From an uncultured archaeon (GTDB lineage Archaea; Thermoplasmatota; Thermoplasmata; Thermoplasmatales; Thermoplasmataceae): 64,000 nt of DNA. Each line of letters starts with the position of its first letter. Position 1 is the first letter of the stretch. The stretch spans positions 1,280,001-1,344,000 of the forward strand of contig CP009479.1 of the NCBI GenBank assembly GCA_000965745.1, in the 5' to 3' direction. The position numbers and the translations under genes are program-made. The notes beneath the pieces are model-generated. The model was not told the origin of the DNA and did no database searches. It saw only the letters and a list, made by a program, of their open reading frames with translations. Of this stretch, positions 1-9,464 are shown piece after piece.

Positions 1-174
1 TCCGGTTTACTGCTGGCTGCGGTATACATGTTCCGGATAGGTGAATCGGGGACTGGTGATTCAGCACTGATGTTGAAAAGTGCCGAAATTTTTGCGAGGC
101 GCCATTTCAGGCCGGATGACCCCGAGCTTGAGAATCTCATAATGTTGTCAGGATTGTTTGACTGGATGAGGTGA
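1..174 (+). CDS. 3' end of an unknown gene entering the window
   Basis: Open frame from base 1 (SGLLLAAVYMF...GLFDWMR) to TGA at 172-174. Confidence 0.45.
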   Translation, partial: SGLLLAAVYMFRIGESGTGDSALMLKSAEIFARRHFRPDDPELENLIMLSGLFDWMR

Positions 175-197
175 CCCGCCTCAACAGTGTTCACATA

Positions 198-581
198 TTA
201 TCGGAGCCTCAGATTCAGGTATGGCTCCAGGGACATCAGCAGCTTGTTCCCGGCCTTGTTTATGTGCTCCTGCATGGTGGACTTCGAAACTCCATGGATC
301 GTTGCAGCCATTCTGATGGTTGAGTTTCTGACAGAACACATGCACCCCATCATTACAGTGAGCCTCCCTCCATGGAGATTCCTGTGGGTCAGGCTGCTGT
401 GAAGCTCATCTGCAAGCTGTCTTATCTTTTCTTCCGCCCGGGAAAGAACATGATCGCGGCCGTATATTTCAAGATAGCCGACTAGCGAACTGCACCACCT
501 GTAAATTCTCAATTCCGGAAACATCGAGGACAGTTCTGCAAACGGAAGCCTGTTCGAAAGTCTCATCTCAAGTTCGTACAT
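198..581 (-). pseudogene. Bat/HTH_10-like transcription regulator, probably internally deleted
   Basis: C-terminal 'GVSKSTMQEHINKAGNKL' resembles HTH_10. At 127 aa it is much shorter than usual and the first HTH helix appears to be missing. Confidence 0.55.
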
Positions 582-604
582 GGTTGAACCGTTCTAGAAC
601 GGTA

Positions 605-1006
605 TCAAGTATTTCTCCAAGGAGCCGCAAGAAAGCCTCTTGAGTGAGCGGAGGGGAGGAATTGCGGCAAGATTAGATGTTGAGTAACAACATCAATACC
701 GTGTACAACACCCTTAAGGTAAATCTTCTCCCCGATGAGAAACAGACAGATGCACTCATTGACACTTTCGTGAAATTCAACGAAGCGTGCAATTTTGTGG
801 CCCGTCTTGCATTCGAGAGAAAGCTGTACAATATGATTCAAGGGCCTTGTCATGGTAAGACTCAATACGGTGAGAGGGAGGTGAAAGTTCCAATAACAAC
901 AGGAAAATACAGGTAACTGCCTCTTGACTATTGTAGCGGGTGCTATTTTTGATCAGTCTTTGATTCCCCAGCGACAAGCCCCATCCCTAAGGGTGGGGTA
1001 GTTGAC
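605..1006 (+). mobile_element. tnpB: Internally deleted IS200/IS605 (tnpB) element
   Basis: TnpB-like N-terminus 'YNTLKVNLLPDEKQTDALIDTFVKFNEACNFVA' from 701. Typical right end ACAAGCCCCATCCCTAAGGGTGGGGTAGTTGAC ends at 1006. Left boundary approximate. Confidence 0.75.
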
Positions 1007-1057
1007 ACAACCTATATCAGGCTGATTGGATTCTGTGATATATAATCCATAAAGGAA

Positions 1058-1669
1058 GTGCGCCGATTGGAACAAAACCTGTACCTCAAGGGGGAAGAGA
1101 AATTCGGCCGGTTGACATCCGGGCTTTATTCAAAGTTTTCAGGGGTATCCTCAAACATGGCGTACGGACTGATTAGGACGACCATAGTAAATGCCAACCC
1201 CTCGGCACTGCTGGATGTCGGTTGCGGCCCGGGCGATATTCTCGCCAGGGTGGCACTGGAAAACAGCGAAATGAAGCTCTATGGAACAGATCCTTCGCCC
1301 CATATGGTGGAAATAGCAAACAGGAGGATATCCAGGTCTGGAATGAATAACCGTGTGTCAGTGAGGCTGGGAAGCAGTAGAAACCTTCCCTTCGACAGGA
1401 AGTTTGACATGATCATCTCTTCTTTTTCATTCCATCACTGGAAGGGTCAGAAAGAAAGTCTTGAACTTCTTCTGGCAGCGCTTAACCCTTCCGGGAAGCT
1501 TGCCATGTTCGAATTGAACTCACGAAGCTTTCCGGGGAGGTTCCCGTTCGTAAAAAGTCATGCCATGTCAAAGGAATATGCCATGAGCTTCAACTTCCCT
1601 GGTTACGTTTCCAGGGTGGAATTTTCGGACAATTTCAAAATCATCTCCCTTGTTATAGAAAAGCGCTGA
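1058..1669 (+). CDS. Class I SAM-dependent methyltransferase
   Basis: Motif I 'LLDVGCGPG', 'FDMIISSFSFHHW'. Confidence 0.9.
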   Translation: MRRLEQNLYLKGEEKFGRLTSGLYSKFSGVSSNMAYGLIRTTIVNANPSALLDVGCGPGDILARVALENSEMKLYGTDPSPHMVEIANRRISRSGMNNRVSVRLGSSRNLPFDRKFDMIISSFSFHHWKGQKESLELLLAALNPSGKLAMFELNSRSFPGRFPFVKSHAMSKEYAMSFNFPGYVSRVEFSDNFKIISLVIEKR

Positions 1670-1960
1670 TCACGGATCAAACTGTTTTTGCGCTCTTTTA
1701 AACGGGAAAATGTGATTTCTAGCAATATTTTTAGAGCAAACAGTCGCGTTTTCTTTAGGTATATTGCCGCTTCGCACACATATTTCACACTGAGGATAAA
1801 GCCGGTTAGACAAATGACGAAACATCTACAGGAAAAGTATAAATATTATTTCGTAAGGGAGCTTTAAGTATATCAACCTGCCACACTATCTCACAGATGC
1901 TCTAAAAATAACTATTATTTGAATATTATCATACTCGTCATATATCGAATTCCCAACTCC

Positions 1961-1973
1961 TAAACTTTAAATA
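1961..1973 (+). promoter_or_regulatory. TATA box of the cox operon (probably leaderless)
   Basis: TTTAAATA at 1966-1973, about 24 nt before ATG 1997, with no SD. Confidence 0.55.
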
Positions 1974-1996
1974 TTGTTATCAAGTACAGACTTTCG

Positions 1997-4453
1997 ATGG
2001 ACATTCATGGAAGTGGATCTGGATATTCCAACCCCAGTGAAGCAAGGCCTGAGTCCTGGGTAAGAGACTGGCTGTTTACAACAGACCATAAGAAAATAGG
2101 AATATGGTACTTTGCCACAGCATTTTTCTTCTTTCTGCTTGCAGGCTCAATAGCTCTTATGATCAGGACTCAGCTCATCCTGCCAAACATGCATTTTCTG
2201 GATGCGGCCCAGTACAGTGAGGCCTTCAGCCTCCATGGTTTCACGATGATGTTATTCTTCCTGACTCCATGGAACTTTGCGTTTGGCAACTATTTTGTTC
2301 CGCTTCAGGTTGGAACCAAAAGGCTTGCTTTTCCGAAGCTGGAGTCTCTCGCATACTGGCTGTATCTGCTGGGAGGCATTCTCCTTTTCACTGGACTGTA
2401 CTACCCGGGAGGAGCTTTGAATCTTGGCTGGACACTGTACGCGCCGTTGAATCAAGACGTATTCTTCCCGAATGTAGGTGACACAATTGCACTGTTTGCC
2501 CTGATGATGGAGCTCGTAAGCCTGATCATTGCGGCCCTGAACTTCATAGTTACAATAGTTGGAAGAAGGGCCAAAGGAATGAGGATGGTAGAGGTGCCCC
2601 TGTTCACATGGGCCATACTGTTTGTTAGTGTGCTTCTATGGTTCTCGGCACCCGAGCTTCTGGGGCTTGACACTACGCTTATTCTTGATCGTGTATTCCA
2701 TTTCAGCACTCTGCTCTCTCCAGCAGGAGGGGCTCTGCTGTGGGAACTTGAATGGTGGTATTTCGGCCATCCCGAAGTTTACGTACTGGTCTTACCTGCT
2801 GCGGGTGCGATAGCTGATATGACCAGTACTTTTGCCAAACGGCCTGTATGGGGCAAGAAGATGGTGATAGGAGCCTTCGGGTTTGTGCTCTTCATGAGCA
2901 TACTTGTCTTCTTCCATCACATGTTTATGACCGGCATCCTCATGCCAATGCTTCAGAACGCTTCCGTCTGGACCGAGACCATCTCGATACCGGTGGGAGT
3001 TATCTGGCTGGCCATAGTGGGAACAGTTGTGGGAGGCAAGATCAACGCCAAGAACCCCGCCATGCTATTCATAATCGGGGCAGGAATCAATGTCCTTGTC
3101 GGAGGAACTTCGGGGGAGCTCCTGTCAGCCATTGGAATGGACGTCGGGGTTCACGGGACATTCTTCGTAGTTGGCCACTTCCACTATTTTGTTGTTGGCC
3201 TTGGAGTATTTGGGCTCATTGCAGCAACCTACTACTGGTTCCCAAAGATGACAGGGTTCATGCTGAACAGAAAACTGGGGGTGATTCATTTCATCATATC
3301 CTATATCGGCATCAACCTGCTTTACGGCCCGATGTTCTTCCTTTACAACATGCCCAGAAGGTGGGCATTATACCCGCCCGGGCTTGGATTTACGACACCA
3401 AACTTCATGGCCTCAATTGGAGCCTACATATTCGGAGGGGCACAGGTTATACTCCTGGTGAATATGATCTACACCCTTTACAGACAGGGGCCAAAAGCCC
3501 CGGACAACCCATGGGGCGGATACCAGCCGGAGTGGCTCACCACATCCCCGCCACCAGAACACAACTTTGACGGCCTGATGAACGTAAAGCACACAAAGGA
3601 AGCCATCAAGATTACGTTCGAGCCTCTGAAGAAGATCTACAAGCCTGAACTCTCACCATATCCACTGATTATCTCCGTGGGCGCGTTCATATTCTTCACG
3701 GGAGTTGCACTCTACGTGATGTATTATCCGCCGATAGTCTGGATGGTTGGAGCTGCCATAGTGGCATACGGATTCATAGGCTGGATGTACCAGTCTGCCA
3801 GGCTTAGAGACTACCTTGGCGAAGATGTGCATGAGAGGAACATGAAAGGGTTCTCAGGAATAAATCTGACAGACTTCGGAATGTTCGGGTTTATAACAGG
3901 ATTTGTCCTGTTCTTCAGTTCCTTCCTGGGAACAGGCGTATTCGGCTACCTGCAGACAAAGGCGTTCTCCATACTGGGCGCTTTCCCGTTTTCGAACGAC
4001 CCGCCACTTGCCTTGGGTTCAATAATGCCTCACTATCAGATGGCGGCTGCCACTATCCTGGCAATCGTTTCGACGGTGGGATTGGGAGTTGCCTATGAAG
4101 GAGCAAAGTTGAGAAAATACACGGCAATAAATTCGGGCCTCGGGGCAGCTGCTGTGATGATCATAGCTGTTGTTGTGATGTATCTTTCCAGTTTTGCCAT
4201 AATGGGAACGGACGGATACGGCTTCGCAGCAGCGCACAACAGCATGCTTCTGTCAACGTTCTATGACAACTTCATACCTCTGACCGCATTCTTTGTGGCT
4301 TCGGCAGCAGTTGCCATTTACATGATGATGAACGCTCTGAGGAAGAAGATCACGATGACTCCGAGAATAACGAGCATGAGGGCATTGCTGATCTTCAACA
4401 CCTTCACAACAGCATTTGCAGTGATCGCGTACATTGTAGTTGGGGCGCTATAA
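1997..4453 (+). CDS. coxA: Heme-copper oxidase subunit I fused to a divergent subunit III-like domain (SoxM/CoxAC-like)
   Basis: TDHKKIG, LHG, WYFGHPEVY, HHMF, GHFHY, MPRR, then DNPW..EW..SPPP.HNF and extra TM helices. Confidence 0.93.
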   Translation: MDIHGSGSGYSNPSEARPESWVRDWLFTTDHKKIGIWYFATAFFFFLLAGSIALMIRTQLILPNMHFLDAAQYSEAFSLHGFTMMLFFLTPWNFAFGNYFVPLQVGTKRLAFPKLESLAYWLYLLGGILLFTGLYYPGGALNLGWTLYAPLNQDVFFPNVGDTIALFALMMELVSLIIAALNFIVTIVGRRAKGMRMVEVPLFTWAILFVSVLLWFSAPELLGLDTTLILDRVFHFSTLLSPAGGALLWELEWWYFGHPEVYVLVLPAAGAIADMTSTFAKRPVWGKKMVIGAFGFVLFMSILVFFHHMFMTGILMPMLQNASVWTETISIPVGVIWLAIVGTVVGGKINAKNPAMLFIIGAGINVLVGGTSGELLSAIGMDVGVHGTFFVVGHFHYFVVGLGVFGLIAATYYWFPKMTGFMLNRKLGVIHFIISYIGINLLYGPMFFLYNMPRRWALYPPGLGFTTPNFMASIGAYIFGGAQVILLVNMIYTLYRQGPKAPDNPWGGYQPEWLTTSPPPEHNFDGLMNVKHTKEAIKITFEPLKKIYKPELSPYPLIISVGAFIFFTGVALYVMYYPPIVWMVGAAIVAYGFIGWMYQSARLRDYLGEDVHERNMKGFSGINLTDFGMFGFITGFVLFFSSFLGTGVFGYLQTKAFSILGAFPFSNDPPLALGSIMPHYQMAAATILAIVSTVGLGVAYEGAKLRKYTAINSGLGAAAVMIIAVVVMYLSSFAIMGTDGYGFAAAHNSMLLSTFYDNFIPLTAFFVASAAVAIYMMMNALRKKITMTPRITSMRALLIFNTFTTAFAVIAYIVVGAL

Positions 4454-4464
4454 GGAGGTGATCT

Positions 4465-4734
4465 TTGATAATGGAAAATAATGAAAATATGAAAAAGAAA
4501 ATGGAAACTCCGGTGAAGGAACCAACTACGCCGAAACCGGAGGAAAAATACTTCGAAGAGGAGGAGGAATATGAGGAGGCAAAGGAGCCTGTTGACGATC
4601 CTTACATCGAGGACGCCGGCACGACAAAAGGAGGCCCTTACTTCGCCTTCTTTGCAGCATTGATAGTCATGTCGCTGATGCTCGCTGTATGGCTCTTCTC
4701 AGCCCTGTACTTCGGGAGGTGGAACCTGATATGA
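4465..4734 (+). CDS. Small single-TM protein with acidic N-terminus (possible accessory oxidase subunit)
   Basis: GGAGGTGA SD, poly-Glu stretch, C-terminal TM, ATGA overlap with the next gene. Confidence 0.65.
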   Translation: MIMENNENMKKKMETPVKEPTTPKPEEKYFEEEEEYEEAKEPVDDPYIEDAGTTKGGPYFAFFAALIVMSLMLAVWLFSALYFGRWNLI

Positions 4735-5420
4735 ATACGAAAAGGGCAGCAATGATCGCTGGTGGGCTGTTTCTAGCAGTCTTTCTGGCGGCAGCTGATT
4801 TCACGATTGCGGTTCACCAGCCCACATGGCAGGACGTAGTCCCGGTGCAGCCGCAGCTTCAGCCACATTATCTCCCATGGTCCAACAACACTACCATGGG
4901 GACTGATAACGGGACAATAGCTATTCATATGAGTGCAGACCCTGGAACGCAGCCATACAACTTCAACGGCACATCCTGGGGGCGCCTGAACTACTATCTG
5001 CCTGCGCATGTGAACATCTGGCTCACTTTCACCAATAACATGAACATCTCGCACAGCGACCACCTGTTCAGGGCTCCTTCGTCCTGGAACGGACAGGAGC
5101 GCATACCGCAGGTTGCTGACCCCGGAGCGGCCGGATGGACTCAGATAGGTCCGGCAATTGGTTCGCTGCTGCCGACAACAGCTCAGTACAACAATGAAAC
5201 CGGACTGATTTCCAACACATCAGGGTACAATTCCCATTCAAATACAGTCTTCATCCCCGGGGAAAACCTGACCTCCGGGCTCTACCTGTTCATATGCGGA
5301 GTCCCGGGGCATGGTGAGGACGGGATGTATGCCTATGTCCACGTGAGCAACTCCATACAGAACCCTTACTATGTTGTTATCAACAAGGGCCTGACCTCGG
5401 GCCAGCTAGGAGGAAGATAG
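4731..5420 (+). CDS. soxE: Sulfocyanin/rusticyanin-like blue copper protein, membrane anchored
   Basis: Type-1 Cu motif 'CGVPGHGEDGM' (C-x4-H-x4-M), upstream His in 'ISHS', N-terminal anchor, SD GGAGGTG before ATG 4731. Confidence 0.88.
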   Translation: MNTKRAAMIAGGLFLAVFLAAADFTIAVHQPTWQDVVPVQPQLQPHYLPWSNNTTMGTDNGTIAIHMSADPGTQPYNFNGTSWGRLNYYLPAHVNIWLTFTNNMNISHSDHLFRAPSSWNGQERIPQVADPGAAGWTQIGPAIGSLLPTTAQYNNETGLISNTSGYNSHSNTVFIPGENLTSGLYLFICGVPGHGEDGMYAYVHVSNSIQNPYYVVINKGLTSGQLGGR

Positions 5421-5421
5421 G

Positions 5422-6351
5422 ATGGATGTAATAAGTATAGTTAACACGGTATTTGGATACAACCCGTCGTCCTTCACGAGGTCAAACTTCTGGTTTGACT
5501 TCATGAGGTACCTCATAATCGGGTTTGTAGTATCCGTAGGATTCGCCATATGGTTCTACATTGTGCACAGGAACGCGGCAAGAAGAAAGGAGGATCCAAA
5601 GGATGCAGTGAAGCCGGGCAGGATACCTTCGCCAAATGCAAGGACATACAAGAAAGTCTGGCTTGTATTCATCCTGCTGGTAATGCTGATGTTCTACAGC
5701 CTTATCGTTGCGTCTCTCCCGAATGATGCAAATGTCAGGACTCCGCCCGCATCCGTGCAGTCGCAGTACCAGCACAGCCTTAACGTATATGTCTACGGCC
5801 AGCAGTGGCAGTGGCAGTACTACATTCCGAAGTACCACCTGTGGTACCTCTACCAGACGAACCTTCCGGCCAACACGATAATCTACTTCCATGTCACGAG
5901 CCGGGACGTCATGCATGACTTTGCCGTCCCGGCTTTCAAGATAAAGGTGGATGCATTCCCGAGCCATTGGAATACAGTCTGGACAGAGGTGTCCACCCCG
6001 GGAACCTATATGGCCGAATGCATGGAATACTGCGGAATAGCTCATTATCTGATGAGATCGCCGCTGACAGTGATGACTTACGGAAACTTCACAACATGGG
6101 CACAGAACCATGCAGGCCAGAAACTGATCGGAGCCTACGGGCCATACGTTCAGGAGTCTGGCCTTCAGCCGCACACACTTCAGCACAACAACCAGGCACT
6201 TGCAAACCAGACAGCGGGCCTCCTTGGTTCGAAGAATGTAAACAGCCAGAGCAACAACACGTTCAGCGTACTTACAAAGAACCTGAACAAAGACACGCAT
6301 ACGGTAATGAGGCACATAATGGAGGACGGGTCCAGGCTATTCGAACTCTAA
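5422..6351 (+). CDS. coxB: Cytochrome c oxidase subunit II (CuA)
   Basis: Two TM helices, 'GQQWQWQY', 'SRDVMHDF', CuA 'CMEYCGIAHYLM'. Confidence 0.93.
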   Translation: MDVISIVNTVFGYNPSSFTRSNFWFDFMRYLIIGFVVSVGFAIWFYIVHRNAARRKEDPKDAVKPGRIPSPNARTYKKVWLVFILLVMLMFYSLIVASLPNDANVRTPPASVQSQYQHSLNVYVYGQQWQWQYYIPKYHLWYLYQTNLPANTIIYFHVTSRDVMHDFAVPAFKIKVDAFPSHWNTVWTEVSTPGTYMAECMEYCGIAHYLMRSPLTVMTYGNFTTWAQNHAGQKLIGAYGPYVQESGLQPHTLQHNNQALANQTAGLLGSKNVNSQSNNTFSVLTKNLNKDTHTVMRHIMEDGSRLFEL

Positions 6352-6388
6352 AATGACCGTCTCAGAAATTAACTATTTTTATTTTTTT

Positions 6389-7690
6389 GGTTCTTCCTAG
6401 TTTTGTGTGGGCTCATGGATAAAGCTCCAGATTTCCGCATTTGAAATATATTGCTGTCTTGAGATGGCCTCTGTTCCTGAATCCATACGCCATCTTCTCT
6501 ATCAGCGCGATCTTTGAATTGATTCCCTCTGCCTTTGCGTTTGTTATCCTGTGGATGAAATAGTTCAGTATCTTGTCGATGTGCATTCGCATCATCTTCG
6601 CCACCTTCTTCATTGCATCAATCGAGGAGTGCACGATCCAGGAGTGCCATCTCTTCCAGTAATCCATTGCATCCTCCATTGAGGGGAGATTCCACAGGTT
6701 CCTTATGTTCTCCTTCATGGAGTACGCCTTGCCCGTCCTTAGATCTGAATTCCTTAGCTCATTGTACCGCTCCCTGTACCTTTCGGGAAGGCGATCGCCG
6801 GAATAGAGCCATATGTACCTTGATCCTTTGAGGTCCATGATACCCTTCTTCACCAGTTCACGATTCTCCTCCTTCCTCACCGCATCAACCGCTTCATTCA
6901 CATGGCGCATGACATGAAACCTGTCGAAGACGATCTTTGAATGAGCCTGTGGTACATGCTCAAGCGTGGATGATATGTACGGATCCCACATGTCCATTGA
7001 TACCGCATCTATGCGAGATAATTCATCATCACTCATCGTTTTGTAATACTCATCGAGTGATGATTTCCTCCTGTCCATGGAGATGAACTCAACACCGCTG
7101 TTCTCCATGTCCATCACCAGCGTGATGTACTTGTGCCCCTTCCTGTACGATTTGTCATCAACGCCTATGATCCTTGGCCTTGATGTTTTCCTTGACAGTC
7201 CTCTCTTAACCGCATGATCGATGATGTTCCATGCCCGGCTCCAGGAAATGTCCATTACCCGGGTGAAATTCTCAACATCCATGTTCTGGAGCATCCTTAT
7301 GGATCTTGATTCGAATCTGAGAGTGAACCTTGATCTCTTCTCGGAGAGGGGCATGACCGCCTCTCTTATGCCATGCTCCGGACACTGTATCCTTGGTGAT
7401 CTGGCATGAATGAATGTCTTGAACCCTATGCTGTCAAGATCCCTCCAGACCCTTTCCCTCAGATGATCGTAGACCATGCACTCCCTCCTGCACTCGGGAC
7501 ATGGGAGCTTAGCTCCCCTGTCGTGTGCTATGAAGACTTCAACAACCTTGTCATTTGAATCAAGTGAAACACTCTCAACCCTCCAGGGGTTCTTGAGCCC
7601 TAAGAGCTCGGAGTACAACTGTTCAGCATCCTGCATGGCAAATATAATGAAAAGAAGGATAAAAATACCCACACATTTCTAGGATGAACC
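6389..7690 (-). mobile_element. Complete ISL3-family insertion sequence
   Basis: 23-bp imperfect terminal IRs (GGTTCTTCCTAGTTTTGTGTGGG / GGTTCATCCTAGAAATGTGTGGG). 8-bp TSD ATTTTTTT at 6381-6388 and 7691-7698. Confidence 0.92.
6413..7636 (-). CDS. ISL3-family transposase
   Basis: Zn finger CPEC...CPEH, 'IGVDD', 'SMDMW', 'FDRFH', 'TNAKAEGINSKI', 'AYGFRN'. Confidence 0.93.
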   Translation of the reverse strand: MQDAEQLYSELLGLKNPWRVESVSLDSNDKVVEVFIAHDRGAKLPCPECRRECMVYDHLRERVWRDLDSIGFKTFIHARSPRIQCPEHGIREAVMPLSEKRSRFTLRFESRSIRMLQNMDVENFTRVMDISWSRAWNIIDHAVKRGLSRKTSRPRIIGVDDKSYRKGHKYITLVMDMENSGVEFISMDRRKSSLDEYYKTMSDDELSRIDAVSMDMWDPYISSTLEHVPQAHSKIVFDRFHVMRHVNEAVDAVRKEENRELVKKGIMDLKGSRYIWLYSGDRLPERYRERYNELRNSDLRTGKAYSMKENIRNLWNLPSMEDAMDYWKRWHSWIVHSSIDAMKKVAKMMRMHIDKILNYFIHRITNAKAEGINSKIALIEKMAYGFRNRGHLKTAIYFKCGNLELYP

Positions 7691-7703
7691 ATTTTTTTGA
7701 AAG

Positions 7704-9455
7704 GTGATAAGAATCTTCAGTGAACAGCCCAACAGCAGAAGCTACCCGATGCGAAGCAACGCTTCAGGGAAACAGGGACTGAAATTTGTAGCCGTCGGCA
7801 TACTGTTCTCACTCGCGCTCATGTCATACTGGTACTTTGTCCAGGACGGCGTGGCGTTCATGCAGCCAGGAAAGGTTGAAAGGCTGATGATTCTCTTCTA
7901 CATTATTTTGTCATCTTCTATTTTCATGGTCGTCCACGGCTTGAGAAAATTCTACCGCCAATATATTGAAGAAACGGCTGAAGTCCAGAAAATCGTCAGG
8001 TTTCTCACAGTATTGTACAGCATATTCTATCTCTATTTCTCCGGGATCGTAGCGTGGCAGCCGAAAATTGACTTCACAAGAGTATACGGGGTCACACACG
8101 CAACTATTATCGGCTTCCCGGCGTCCGGTTCATTCGGCCAATATCCCTCTGTAAACATTTTCGCCCCTCCATCCTGGCATCTGGGGGCGGAGGTGCTTCC
8201 CCTTGATCTCATTCTGATGTCGGTGATTATTCCCATGGTGGCGCTCAATTTCGGGATAATCCTGACAACACTGCGCAGGCACAGGCGCATGAGCAACGCA
8301 CCACTAAACAGCACAGGTGTCGCCGCAACCATATTCACTTCGTGTCCCACCTGCGCGGTGAGTGCGATAGCTTTTGGTGTCAGTGGCATAGGGGCCGCCT
8401 CATGGTATGCAACGCTCGCGTCATACCAGTACCTCTTTGTGGCCATAGTTGTCCCCCTGCTTCTGGCTCTGCCCTTCATCAATGAACCAGCATTGAAAGG
8501 TGTATGTAAAATGACTAGTTTAAGTGATAAAGGTGTTAAAAGACCGTTTCTGTCACCTGGTTATGAAGATAAGAAAATCAGGAGCGGCGTTTCAGCAAAG
8601 GATTATATCAGCCTGATGAAGCCGGGTATATCATTCCTGCTCATAGTGGAGGCTGTATCATCCTATCTAATAGCAGATTCTCTTGCAGTGGGGATTGTGA
8701 CCCTGCTGTCGCTGATAGCTGCGGGCTTCCTCTCTTCTGGAGGGTCAGCTGCCATCAATAACTTTCTGGAGAAAGACAGGGATTCCCGGATGGAAAGAAC
8801 ATCTCGGAGGCCGGTCGCATCAGAAAGGATCTCACCAGGGAAGGCTCTGGTATTCGGCATTCTGTCCATATCATTTTCCCTGGCTATTTCCGCGATATTG
8901 ATCAACCTGTTTACAGCAGTTATGATCTCCTTTGGGGCAATCTCATACATATTCCTCTACACTCTGTTTCTCAAACCCAGGACCGAGATGAACATCGTAA
9001 TTGGAGGGATAGCGGGAGTCTTTCCAGCCCTGGCGGGTTGGTCAGCGGCAACAGGGTCTATCGGACCACTCGCATTTCTCATAGGGGCAATAGTTTTTCT
9101 CTGGACTCCACCACACTTCTGGGGGCTCGCGACAAAATACAGGGATGACTACAGGCTTGCAGGTTATCCTATGCTCCCAGTGAGCAGGGACATAAAAGGA
9201 ACCGTGAGGGCAATAACAATCTGGTCTGTTCCGATGCTTGTTGCGCCATTTGTTCCACTGATAATTCCCCAGATAGGCACTCTTGGCATTATGTATTATG
9301 GGGCTGCAGCAGTGGTTACAGCCATATTTGTCAAGATCGATGTGGACATGCTCAGGGAGCCGACGGAGAAGAACGCTTTCAGGGCGTTTACCTTTTCCAT
9401 ACCGTACCTGTTTGTGATACTCCTGGCAATGATCGCGGGAACAATCACACTTTAG
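7704..9455 (+). CDS. ctaB: Heme o synthase (protoheme IX farnesyltransferase) with an N-terminal ~270-aa membrane domain carrying CPTC
   Basis: 'NNFLEKDRDSRMERTSRRP', 'YTLFLKP', 'NIVIGGIAG', 'LWTPPHFW', 'YRDDY'. Exact start uncertain. Confidence 0.9.
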   Translation: MIRIFSEQPNSRSYPMRSNASGKQGLKFVAVGILFSLALMSYWYFVQDGVAFMQPGKVERLMILFYIILSSSIFMVVHGLRKFYRQYIEETAEVQKIVRFLTVLYSIFYLYFSGIVAWQPKIDFTRVYGVTHATIIGFPASGSFGQYPSVNIFAPPSWHLGAEVLPLDLILMSVIIPMVALNFGIILTTLRRHRRMSNAPLNSTGVAATIFTSCPTCAVSAIAFGVSGIGAASWYATLASYQYLFVAIVVPLLLALPFINEPALKGVCKMTSLSDKGVKRPFLSPGYEDKKIRSGVSAKDYISLMKPGISFLLIVEAVSSYLIADSLAVGIVTLLSLIAAGFLSSGGSAAINNFLEKDRDSRMERTSRRPVASERISPGKALVFGILSISFSLAISAILINLFTAVMISFGAISYIFLYTLFLKPRTEMNIVIGGIAGVFPALAGWSAATGSIGPLAFLIGAIVFLWTPPHFWGLATKYRDDYRLAGYPMLPVSRDIKGTVRAITIWSVPMLVAPFVPLIIPQIGTLGIMYYGAAAVVTAIFVKIDVDMLREPTEKNAFRAFTFSIPYLFVILLAMIAGTITL

Positions 9456-9464
9456 TGATCTGAA

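Noticed and set aside
5482-6315. Long antisense or alternate-frame ORFs (also 2848-3570, 26358-26879, 48736-49314)
   Set aside because: Shadows of well-supported genes with no motifs of their own
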